Source: Deltaproteobacteria bacterium (GTDB lineage Bacteria > Myxococcota_A > UBA9042 > CAIXZC01). Taken from it: 58,697 nucleotides of DNA. Positions 49,604-57,895 of the stretch are shown here, piece by piece. Position numbers and translations under genes: made by a program. The stretch is taken from positions 1 to 58,697 of the forward strand of contig VGRX01000004.1 of assembly GCA_016875215.1 (NCBI GenBank), read 5' to 3'. The first letter of the stretch is position 1, and the number at the start of each line of letters is the position of its first letter. Under the pieces are notes generated by a model. That model was not told where the DNA came from and made no database searches. It saw only the letters and a program-made list of their open reading frames with translations.

Positions 49604-51558
49604 TGCCGCCCCTGCAACGCCTCCTGGCCATCCTGCCGATCCTGCTGACCGCGCCATGTGGCTGCGGGTCCCGGGAGGTGGCGGAGCCCGTGATCACGCG
49701 AGAGCCGCTGAATCTCTCAGCGGAGCGACCGGCCGACGGGAGCTCCACGGCAGCGGTCCCGCCCAGGTTCCTCAGCAGCGAGGAGCTGACGCTGAAGCTC
49801 TCGGCCCCGGTGCGTGTGGAGCTCCCCCGGCCGGTCGAGGACGCTCCGGCCGAGCCCGTGGTGGTCGAGGAGGTCGAGCCGAACGACGAGGCCGCGTCCG
49901 CTACGCAGGCCTTCGTGCCCGGCAGCGTGAAGGGACAGGTGAGCCCGAAGGAGAAGAAAGGGGCGTTGGACCACGACTGGTACCGCCTCGACGTGGACCT
50001 GGAGCATCCGCGGGTGATGCAGCTCGACCTGTCGCCGGCCGGCGAGCTGGATCTCACGCTGGAGCTGTACCGTGAGGGGCTCAAGGGGCGCGAGCTCCTG
50101 GTCTCGCTCGACAACGGAGGCAAGGGGCGCGGTGAGAAGCTCCCCAACTTCCGCCTGGCCAACGGGCAGTACCTGGTGCACGTGTTCCCTGTGGGAAAGA
50201 AGGTATCCGTCGAGAAGGCCAGCCCATACACGCTCACGCTGGTCTTGGAAGATGCCAGGGCCGGGGTCGAGACAGAGCCCAACGACGACCACCTCAAAGC
50301 CGAGATGCTGGCCCTGCCCGGTACCGTCACGGGCCTGATGCAGAGGACCGAGGACCAGGACTGGTTCCAGGTGGATCTCCTGAAACTGACGCCCGGGACG
50401 AGCCGGCTGGCGCTCGAGCTGCTGCCGCCCGTGGGGGCCGGGCTCGTGCTCACGGTCTTCACGCAGACCCGTGAGGAGCTGCTGTCGGTGGCAACGGGGA
50501 AAGGAAAGAAGATCGTGGTCCCGAACGTGGCGATCCTCGACGGCTCCCCTTCCTACTACCTCCGTGTGTCGGCACCGGAAAAGAGCAAGCCGATTGCCGG
50601 GGAGTACACGCTCAAGGCCGTGGTGGAACCGCTGAAGGAGAGGACCGAGGTCGAGCCCGACGGCACCCCGGAACAGGCGATGCGGCTGTTCCTGGAAGAA
50701 GCACTGTCGGGGTGGCTGCCCTACGAGGGGGACGAGGACTGGTTCCGGATCGAGCCGCCCGACCTGGGGCTGCTGGGCCAGGCAGCGTCCCACGACGATG
50801 CCGACGGATCTCCGGACGGGGATGCGGGGGGGACCGGCGGGCCGACGCCCGCAACGGGGGGGACTGGCGGGCCGACGCCCGGAACGGGGGGGACCGGCGG
50901 GCCGACGCCCGGAACGGGGGGGACCGAGTTCGCTGCCGGTGCCTCCGGGGCTGCTCCGCCCCAAGAGGAGGAGAGGCCGGCGTTCAGGCTCCAGGTCAGC
51001 GGCGTGCCGGGCATCAACTCCGTGATCGAGCTGTTCGAGGAGGACGGCCAGGCGCCGCTCGGCCGCTACGACGCGGGCGGCAAGGGGGAGGGAGAGCTGA
51101 TCCCCAACCTGGCGCTGCCTGTCCACCCGATCCTCGTGAAGCTCTCCGCCAGCGGCCATAACGGCTCGGTCACCTACATCCTCCAGTCGTCGCTCGTGCC
51201 GACGAAGGGGATGGAGGTGGAGCCCAACAACCGCCCCGAAGAGGCCACGCCGCTGCGCGGGCCGTCGAGGCAGATGAAGGGCTACCTGGCGCTTGTCGGT
51301 GACGTGGACTGCATCCGTCTCGAGGCTCCGGTGCCGAGGCTCACCGTGACGCCGCCCCGGGACGTGGATGTCACCGTGAGCTTCTACGACGCTACCGACC
51401 GCCTCCTCGACCAGTCCACCAGCCTGGCAGGGGAACCGGTTCACCCGCGCAAGGCCGGCCTCGGGGCCACCCTCGTCTGCCTGAAGCTCGCGGGGACCGC
51501 AGAGCGCGGGGCCGCCGAACCCTGGATCTTCGTGATCGACCCGGAGGCCGCTCCCTGA
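49603..51558 (+). CDS. Lipoprotein with four pre-peptidase-C-terminal (PPC)-like beta modules
   Basis: Lipobox-like LLTAPCGC. Four modules each open with an E(P/x)ND-type motif and contain DxDW(Y/F)R: VEPNDEAASA..DHDWYRLDV; TEPNDDHLKA..DQDWFQVDL; VEPDGTPEQA..DEDWFRIEP; VEPNNRPEEA..DVDCIRLE. Confidence 0.6.
   Translation: MPPLQRLLAILPILLTAPCGCGSREVAEPVITREPLNLSAERPADGSSTAAVPPRFLSSEELTLKLSAPVRVELPRPVEDAPAEPVVVEEVEPNDEAASATQAFVPGSVKGQVSPKEKKGALDHDWYRLDVDLEHPRVMQLDLSPAGELDLTLELYREGLKGRELLVSLDNGGKGRGEKLPNFRLANGQYLVHVFPVGKKVSVEKASPYTLTLVLEDARAGVETEPNDDHLKAEMLALPGTVTGLMQRTEDQDWFQVDLLKLTPGTSRLALELLPPVGAGLVLTVFTQTREELLSVATGKGKKIVVPNVAILDGSPSYYLRVSAPEKSKPIAGEYTLKAVVEPLKERTEVEPDGTPEQAMRLFLEEALSGWLPYEGDEDWFRIEPPDLGLLGQAASHDDADGSPDGDAGGTGGPTPATGGTGGPTPGTGGTGGPTPGTGGTEFAAGASGAAPPQEEERPAFRLQVSGVPGINSVIELFEEDGQAPLGRYDAGGKGEGELIPNLALPVHPILVKLSASGHNGSVTYILQSSLVPTKGMEVEPNNRPEEATPLRGPSRQMKGYLALVGDVDCIRLEAPVPRLTVTPPRDVDVTVSFYDATDRLLDQSTSLAGEPVHPRKAGLGATLVCLKLAGTAERGAAEPWIFVIDPEAAP
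50826..50930. repeat. 30-bp in-frame tandem repeat x3 (+partial)
   Basis: gggggggaccggcgggccgacgcccgSaac units start at 50826, 50856 and 50886, encoding GGTGGPTP(A/G)T. Confidence 0.85.
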
Positions 51559-51580
51559 CGACCGGCCGGAGGAAGAAGCC

Positions 51581-52363
51581 ATGACCCAGTTGTGGAACCA
51601 GCTCGTCGAGTCGCTCTCACGCGACCGCCCCTTCGCCATGGTCACGGTGGTGGAGACCACCGGCAGCGCACCGCAGAGCCCCGGGGCCCGGATGCTGGTG
51701 TACGAAGATGGCAGCATCGTCGGCACCGTGGGCGGCGGCGCTGTCGAGCACCGGCTGATTCGGGAGGGCCGGGAGGTGCTCGACGACGGGCGGCCACGCC
51801 TCCTGACCTTCGATCTTGCCAAGGACGTGGGGATGATCTGCGGAGGCCGGATGGTCGCTTTTGTCGAGCCGATGCTCTCGAGCTTCCACGTGGTGATCTT
51901 CGGGTGCGGGCATGTCTGCCGTGCGCTCGCCCCGCTCCTTGTCGGCCTGGACTTCCGAGTCACGGTGGTGGACGACCGGCCGGAGTGGGCCGATTCCTCG
52001 GCCTTCCCGTCGTCGGTCAGGGTGGTGTGCGGGCCGCTCAGGGACTACTGGGGCACCCTGGCGCGCCTGGACCGCACCGCGGTCCTCGCCATGACCCGCT
52101 CGCACGCATTCGACTACGAGCTGCTGGAGCATTTCGTGACCACTTCGGTTCCCTACGTCGGAATCATGGCCAGCAGGAGCAAGGCCGCCCAGTTCCGCGA
52201 GCGCCTCGCTGCCGCCGGCATTCCCCGGGAGCAGGTTGACCGCGTGCGGATGCCCGTCGGGATTCCGATCGGAGGCTCATCCGTCGCGGAGATTGCCGTG
52301 AGCATCGCCGCCCAGCTCGTCGAGCGCAGGGCGTGCGGCTTCGCCCCTGAGGCATCTGCATGA
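51581..52363 (+). CDS. xdhC: XdhC/CoxI-family molybdoenzyme maturation (accessory) protein
   Basis: FAMVTVVETTGSAPQSPGARMLV, GTVGGGAVE, ICGGRMVAFVEP, VVIFGCGHVCRALAPL and YVGIMASRSK show full XdhC N-terminal and Rossmann architecture. Confidence 0.85.
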   Translation: MTQLWNQLVESLSRDRPFAMVTVVETTGSAPQSPGARMLVYEDGSIVGTVGGGAVEHRLIREGREVLDDGRPRLLTFDLAKDVGMICGGRMVAFVEPMLSSFHVVIFGCGHVCRALAPLLVGLDFRVTVVDDRPEWADSSAFPSSVRVVCGPLRDYWGTLARLDRTAVLAMTRSHAFDYELLEHFVTTSVPYVGIMASRSKAAQFRERLAAAGIPREQVDRVRMPVGIPIGGSSVAEIAVSIAAQLVERRACGFAPEASA

Positions 52364-53124
52364 GTGCGCCCCGCTGCCGCGAGGGCATCCGGGCGCTTGC
52401 GAGCGGCTGGACCCCGTACGGACCGAACCCGTGGGCGAGGCGGCAGTCGCTCTGGGGACGCATGAAGTCCTCGTTCCTCGGACTGCCGCTCGTCGTCCGG
52501 CTGCTGCTGGTGGTCCAGGCCGCTCTCTATCTCGCCGTCGTGCTGGCGGGCCGGCTCCCCGGCGAGGAGTACGTGACGCTCTCGGCGTCGGCGGTGACCT
52601 CGGGCCGGGTGTGGACCCTGTTGACCCACATGCCGTTCCATTTCCGCTCGGATGCTTTCGGCTTTCTCTTCGATGTCTCGGTGCTCTGGAGCCTCGGCGG
52701 GATCTTCGGACGCCGGTGGCGACAGACCCATTTCCTGTTCTTCTACGGCACGGCGGGGGTCGTCGGGGGGCTCGCACACGTTGGGGCCGGTCTCCTGTGG
52801 CCCGCAGGGTGCGGCGTCCCCTACCTGGGCAGCGAGGCATCGTCGTTCGCGCTCCTGACGGCGTTCTGGGTCGTGTTCGGCGAAACCCCGGTCTCCATGT
52901 TCGGCTCCCCCCCCTTCAAGGGGAAATGGGTGTTCTTCGGCCTGGCTGCGCTGGAGGTCGTACTGTTCGTCAGCGGCAACAACCCCGCCTTCTTCGTCCA
53001 GGCAGGGGGCACGCTCGGCGGCTGGCTGATGCTGACCGGACGCTGGCGGCCGGGGAAGCTGAGGGCGTGGCTCGACGGACTCGCCCGAAAGCGGGAGCGT
53101 TCCCGCTTCCGGGTGCTCCACTGA
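52360..53124 (+). CDS. Rhomboid-family-like membrane protein, catalytic Ser/His not evident
   Basis: GRVWTLLTHMPFHF (compare WRLxTxxFxH) and GG-rich helices. The expected GxSG is GSEAS and the expected AHxGG is AGGTLGG. ATG 52360 overlaps the xdhC stop; ATG 52462 is an alternative start. Confidence 0.5.
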   Translation: MSAPRCREGIRALASGWTPYGPNPWARRQSLWGRMKSSFLGLPLVVRLLLVVQAALYLAVVLAGRLPGEEYVTLSASAVTSGRVWTLLTHMPFHFRSDAFGFLFDVSVLWSLGGIFGRRWRQTHFLFFYGTAGVVGGLAHVGAGLLWPAGCGVPYLGSEASSFALLTAFWVVFGETPVSMFGSPPFKGKWVFFGLAALEVVLFVSGNNPAFFVQAGGTLGGWLMLTGRWRPGKLRAWLDGLARKRERSRFRVLH

Positions 53125-53224
53125 CGGCCCGGTCGGAAGTGCCATTTTTCCCTTTACAGTGCGAAACACTTGTGCCAGCCTTGTCAGGTGTATTTTGGAC
53201 GTGGTTGTTGCGGGGGGCGTAAGC

Positions 53225-53713
53225 ATGGCTGGTGGAAAGCTCATCCTCGTTCTTGTCGCGCTCGCATGCCTGGCGGGTTGCCGGGAGAAGCTCGCAAGCG
53301 AAAAAGCGGACGAGATCCTCAAGGATCTGGCCGTCGAGCTGTCCCAGTTGGACAAGCCTTCCTCTGATTCCCAACTCGGCAAGGTCCAGGATGTCTGCAA
53401 GAAGCACGGCATCCCGGCGGAGTCGTTCTCGATCTGGGTGAAGGACAACTCCGACGCCAACTCCCGCCTGGCCGCACATCTCCAGACCATCTACGACAAG
53501 CAGCTCGAGGGGCGCAAGAGCCAGCTTGCCGCCCAGATCAAGGCCGTCGAGGACGAAGGGGCCAAGGCAGCCGATTCCGTCAGGCTCGATGCGCAGAAGA
53601 AGGTGCAGGAGTTGGAAGCAGCGACGCGGACCGAAGTCGAGAAGCTGGAAACTGAGTTCAAGCAGAAAGAGCTCGAGCTCCAGAAGGCCATCCAGGAAGT
53701 GCGCAACCAGTAG
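53225..53713 (+). CDS. Coiled-coil lipoprotein (hypothetical)
   Basis: MAGGKLILVLVALACLAGC (lipobox) and a K/E/Q-rich helical C-terminus. No family recognised. Confidence 0.5.
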   Translation: MAGGKLILVLVALACLAGCREKLASEKADEILKDLAVELSQLDKPSSDSQLGKVQDVCKKHGIPAESFSIWVKDNSDANSRLAAHLQTIYDKQLEGRKSQLAAQIKAVEDEGAKAADSVRLDAQKKVQELEAATRTEVEKLETEFKQKELELQKAIQEVRNQ

Positions 53714-53790
53714 AAGCCTGTTGCAGGCAGAGTCCGGGGCGTGGCCCCTCGCACGTTTGACGGTCCTTCGTACCCGAAGCAGGTGAAGCG

Positions 53791-54546
53791 ATGCGCAAGT
53801 GGAGCTTCTTCGTCCTGTTCGCCCTGGCGGGGGTTCCAGGCTGCATGGACAAGGGACTGACCGTGGAGACCGCTCCCTCGGACGCGGTCGACGCGTTGGA
53901 CGGTACCCTTGTCGACGGCAACGGCTCTGCGCTCGATTCGACCGTTCCCGGGGATTCCGGCGACACGGCCGGCCCGAAAGACGCCGCTGCGGATCTGCCG
54001 GGCAAGCCGGATGTCCCGACCGAGCTCGCACCCGATACCGCTTCCGAGGAGGTCTTTGCCGGCCCCACCTGCTACGAGGGGCTCCAGTGCCTCGTCGACA
54101 TGAAGACCTGGACCCCGGGCAAGCCGATCCCCCAGGGGGGGTGCCTGGAGGGGATCTCGGAAAGCGAAATGGCCCAGGTGGACGACCTGATGGGCTGTGT
54201 GGGAGACCACTGCAAGGCCGAGTTCGAGGCCTTCGACCAGGGAGGCGCTGCCCAGCTCTCCCTTCTCTATGTCTGCCTGATCGAGAAGTGCGCTCTGCCC
54301 ACGGCCGTCTGCATCGGGGGGCACGGGGACAAGAACTGCGCCGATGCCCTCTACTGCATGGCTGCGTGCCCGCCGCTCGACCAGGGATGCACGATCCCCT
54401 GCCTCCAGCCCACCAGCGTGGCGCAGAGCCAGAAGACCGGCAAGTTCCTGGATTGCGTGTTCCAGGAGTGCACGCTCCAGACGCTTTCCGGTTGCGATGC
54501 CATGACTTCGTGCGCCGTGTTCAATTGCATGGAGCTCGCCGGCTGA
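53791..54546 (+). CDS. Cys-rich lipoprotein (hypothetical)
   Basis: MRKWSFFVLFALAGVPGC (lipobox), a D/P/A-rich linker, then a ~160-aa domain with about 18 Cys. No family recognised. Confidence 0.55.
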   Translation: MRKWSFFVLFALAGVPGCMDKGLTVETAPSDAVDALDGTLVDGNGSALDSTVPGDSGDTAGPKDAAADLPGKPDVPTELAPDTASEEVFAGPTCYEGLQCLVDMKTWTPGKPIPQGGCLEGISESEMAQVDDLMGCVGDHCKAEFEAFDQGGAAQLSLLYVCLIEKCALPTAVCIGGHGDKNCADALYCMAACPPLDQGCTIPCLQPTSVAQSQKTGKFLDCVFQECTLQTLSGCDAMTSCAVFNCMELAG

Positions 54547-54553
54547 GCAAGCC

Positions 54554-56692
54554 CTACGCTTCCACCTTGAGCGTGTAGTCCGAGCAGGACCCGGAGGAGA
54601 CCGGATTGATCTGGATGTAGGCCGTGCCTGAGTCGTCGTCCCCCTGCCAGATCGACTGGCAGCCGCCTACCCCGATGGAGATGGAGTTGGCGCCGGAGAT
54701 GTTCTGGCAGGAGCTGTAGGAGTTGCCCCCCTTGTCGCACTTGTAGGTGACGCAGAGCTTGTAGGTCTGGCCCGCAGGTACCGTGAGGGTGACCTTCGGG
54801 TCGATGGAGTGCAGCGAGGTGTCGCTGATGTGGATCTTGAACCAGTCCTGGTCATACGCTGGGTTGATGCTGGCCGCGACGGTCTGTGTGTCACCGGCGG
54901 CGTCGGTGATGCCGGGCAGTGTGTAGGACTGTCCCTCGGAATCGTTCTCCTCGTAGCCGTCCATCTTCCCCAGCGCGCAGCTTGACCAGCCGCATGCGGC
55001 GGTGCAGGTCTGGGTCCCGCAGTTGTTGCAGGGCTGGGTGGTGCCGGGAGCGCAGACCCCCTCTCCCGCACAGCTCGTGTACGGCCCCCAGGTGCACTGG
55101 TCCAGGCAGAGGCGGGTCTTGGTTCCGCAGTTGCCGCAGGCTGCGGTTTCCTTCTGGTTGGGGGAGCAGACTCCTTCTCCGGTGCAGGCCCCCCAGGCGC
55201 TCCAGCCGCACTGGGCGGTGCAGGTGCGTTCCCGGGTCCCGCACTTTCCACATGCCTCGGTCTGCTTGTCACCCGGCGAGCAGACCCCCTCGTCCTGGCA
55301 GGGTCCCCAGATACCCCACGCGCACTGGTCGGTGCAGGTGTGCCCCTTCTTGCCGCACTTGCCGCAATCCGTGTACTCGGTCTCCGACGGCACGCAGATG
55401 CCCTGCCCCTCGCAGCTCCCCCACTGGCTCCAGAGACATTGGTCGGTGCAGGTGCGGGTCTGGTTCCCGCACTTGCCGCATGCCGTGGATTCCTGCGAGC
55501 CGGGGGAGCAGACCCCCTCGTTTGCACAGCCGCTCCAGTCGCTCCACTGGCACGAATCGGTGCAAAGCCTGAGGCTGCTCCCACAGTTGCCACACCCCTT
55601 GGTTTCCGAAGCTCCGGGCATGCAGACGCCCCCCTGCTGGCAGGCCCCCCACTCGCTCCACTCGCACTTGGCCGTGCAGGCACGCGTCTGGCTGCCGCAC
55701 ATGCCGCAGGGTGCGCTCTCCTGGGCTCCGGGCGAGCACGCCCCCTGGCCCAGGCATTCGCCCCACTCTCCCCACTGGCACTGGTCCGTACAGGTGCGCA
55801 CGCTCTCCCCGCAGTTGCCGCACGTCTTGGGCTCGGTCGTGCCCGGTGCACACGCGCCCGATGCCTGGCACGCGCCCCACTCGCTCCACCCGCACGAGGC
55901 GGTGCAGGTCCGAGTCTGGCTCCCGCAGTTGCCGCACGCCTGGTTCTCCAACTCGCCGGCCGTGCAGATCCCCTCCCCGCCGCACGAACCCCACTCGCCC
56001 CAGAGGCAGGCCCCGGTGCACGTGCGCAACTGCTTGCCGCACTTGCCGCAAGGTTGCTCCTCCGCCGTCCCTGCGGTGCAGTCCCCCTCTCCGAAGCAGT
56101 TGGACCACTCGCCCCACTGGCAGTTCTCCTTGCAGGTCCGGTCCCGCTTGCCGCACTTGCCGCAGGTCTCACTCTCCACCTCGCCCGCGTCGCACACCCC
56201 CGCCTTGGCACACGAGGTCTCCAGGTCGGGCAGACAGACGAACAGCGTATCCGGATCCGTGTAGGCCACCCCCTTGCAATCCCACCCGTCAGGACAGTCG
56301 TCGATGCAGACGTCCGTGCAGATGTACCCGATGTCGGAAGGCACGCAGAAGCCGCTCAGGCAGTCCTTGTTGCCCGTGCACGAATCGCCGAGCTCCCCGC
56401 CCCCGGGGAGCCCGGGGTCACCCGCTCTCCAGTCCCCCGGGAGGAGGTCCCCACGGCAACCTCCGTCCCCCGGGCAGCGCGCATCCGGCCACTCGGTCCC
56501 GTCCGGCACCACGGTACGGCCGTCCGGCAGCACGGTACGGCCGTCCGGCAGCACGGTCACGGCATCCGGAGCAATCCCCGGAGCATCACCGGTCGCGTCC
56601 ACCCCCGACGTGCCCGCAGGGGCCGAGCAGGCGGCAAGAAGGAGAATGGCCGGTATCGGAGAGAGAAATCGCCCCATGCACGACAGGTTCAT
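54554..56692 (-). CDS. Lipoprotein with about 10.5 tandem 38-aa Cys/Trp/Arg repeats (thrombospondin type-1-like) and a C-terminal PPC-like domain
   Basis: Lipobox ILLLAACS. Repeats follow the form C(x)PGxxExxxCGxCGxxxRxCTxxCxW(S/G)xWGxCxxxGxC with CGxCG at residues 178, 216, 254, 292, 330, 368, 406, 444, 482, 520 and 556. The C-terminal GYEENDSEGQSY...DQDWFKIHI is PPC-like. Confidence 0.75.
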   Translation of the reverse strand: MNLSCMGRFLSPIPAILLLAACSAPAGTSGVDATGDAPGIAPDAVTVLPDGRTVLPDGRTVVPDGTEWPDARCPGDGGCRGDLLPGDWRAGDPGLPGGGELGDSCTGNKDCLSGFCVPSDIGYICTDVCIDDCPDGWDCKGVAYTDPDTLFVCLPDLETSCAKAGVCDAGEVESETCGKCGKRDRTCKENCQWGEWSNCFGEGDCTAGTAEEQPCGKCGKQLRTCTGACLWGEWGSCGGEGICTAGELENQACGNCGSQTRTCTASCGWSEWGACQASGACAPGTTEPKTCGNCGESVRTCTDQCQWGEWGECLGQGACSPGAQESAPCGMCGSQTRACTAKCEWSEWGACQQGGVCMPGASETKGCGNCGSSLRLCTDSCQWSDWSGCANEGVCSPGSQESTACGKCGNQTRTCTDQCLWSQWGSCEGQGICVPSETEYTDCGKCGKKGHTCTDQCAWGIWGPCQDEGVCSPGDKQTEACGKCGTRERTCTAQCGWSAWGACTGEGVCSPNQKETAACGNCGTKTRLCLDQCTWGPYTSCAGEGVCAPGTTQPCNNCGTQTCTAACGWSSCALGKMDGYEENDSEGQSYTLPGITDAAGDTQTVAASINPAYDQDWFKIHISDTSLHSIDPKVTLTVPAGQTYKLCVTYKCDKGGNSYSSCQNISGANSISIGVGGCQSIWQGDDDSGTAYIQINPVSSGSCSDYTLKVEA
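54971..56197. repeat. 114-bp (38-codon) diverged tandem repeat array, 10 full units + 1 truncated, coding
   Basis: The period was derived from the protein-level spacing of CGxCG motifs (exactly 38 residues for ten consecutive units). Confidence 0.85.
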
Positions 56693-56775
56693 CATCTCCT
56701 CCAGGAATCAGGACTCCGATTCGCCGCTTCGCCCACGGCCCCGGTCTTCTGGCGGAGGCCGACGGAGAAAGAGGC

Positions 56776-57882
56776 TCACTGCTTGCACTTGAACTTGCCC
56801 GTCGACATGTCAAACCCGCACTTCATGCCGTTGGCCTGGCAATCGTCGATGTAGATCTTGTTGACCGTACAGAACCAGAGGACCCCCTCGTCGCACCACC
56901 CCTTGTCCGTGATCCAGCCGCACTCCGCACCGGCCACCGGGAAGCACGTTCCCGACTTGCACGTCCATCCCGGAGTGCAGGTCCCGCATTCGCCGTAGCA
57001 GCCGTCGTAGCCGCACTCCTTGGGCGTTCCGTCATCCCACTTGCACTGGGGAACGCACCCCTGCGAGCAGACGAACTTCTGAGTCGGACCGTCCCACTTG
57101 CAGTAGTAGTCGGCCCCGTACGTAGCGCACGGCGTCTCCTTGAGCTTGCCGTCGATGCACTCCAGGAGCACGTTGTCGCCGGTGCACTTCCCCTTGTCCT
57201 TGGGCACGTCTCCGCACGGATCCGGCACGCACTTGCCCGCCCCCTCGTCACACACCAGGCCCACGCCGCACACGCCGCATACCCCTCCGCAGCCGTCGGC
57301 GCCGCACTCCTTGCCCTGGCAGTTGGCATCATGATCACAGAAGGGGTAGCAGAGCTGATCCTCGCCGCAGATGTAGCCCTCTGAGCACCCCGGAGGGCAC
57401 TCGCCGTAGCACCCGTCCGGACCGCACTGCTTCTTGGTGCCGTCCGGCAGCTTGCACTGCGGCTCGCAGTACTCCTTGCACAGGCCATCCGCACAGATTT
57501 CACCCCAGTCGCAGTACCCGCAGATCGACCCGCAATTGTCCGGCCCGCATTCCTTTGCGGTCCCGTCCTCGAACTTGCAGTCCGGGACGCACGCCCCGTC
57601 ATCCTGCTTGGTGTCCTTCTTGACATCCGGCTTGGGCGGCGCCCCCTCGCCGTCCCACTCCACGTCCGGCAACGCCGCGTCGGGCGGAACGTAGCCGTCT
57701 GCATCCGGAAGCAGCTCCGGCAGCTCGACAACGAGATCGAAGACGTGGTTGGGTACCTCGATCCCCGGTCCCTTGTCGACCCCCATGTCTCCGTACCGGA
57801 ACTCCCAGTCCGGAGTCTGCTTGCCCCCGCCGCAGCCGGCAACGACCGCGACCAGCAACGCCAAGCCCCGCCATCGTTCCAT
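56776..57882 (-). CDS. Cys-rich lipoprotein, tandem paralogue 1 (ECGxDGCGGxCGxC modules)
   Basis: ATG 57882 (GGGAGAGGG upstream) gives MERWRGLALLVAVVAGCGG. KECGPDNCGSICGYC, KQCGPDGCYGECPPGC, KECGADGCGGVCGVC, KECGYDGCYGECGTC. The C-terminal AECGWITDKGWCDEGVLWFCTVNKIYIDDCQANGMKCGF is shared with the next gene. Confidence 0.7.
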   Translation of the reverse strand: MERWRGLALLVAVVAGCGGGKQTPDWEFRYGDMGVDKGPGIEVPNHVFDLVVELPELLPDADGYVPPDAALPDVEWDGEGAPPKPDVKKDTKQDDGACVPDCKFEDGTAKECGPDNCGSICGYCDWGEICADGLCKEYCEPQCKLPDGTKKQCGPDGCYGECPPGCSEGYICGEDQLCYPFCDHDANCQGKECGADGCGGVCGVCGVGLVCDEGAGKCVPDPCGDVPKDKGKCTGDNVLLECIDGKLKETPCATYGADYYCKWDGPTQKFVCSQGCVPQCKWDDGTPKECGYDGCYGECGTCTPGWTCKSGTCFPVAGAECGWITDKGWCDEGVLWFCTVNKIYIDDCQANGMKCGFDMSTGKFKCKQ

Positions 57883-57895
57883 GAAAGCCCTCTCC

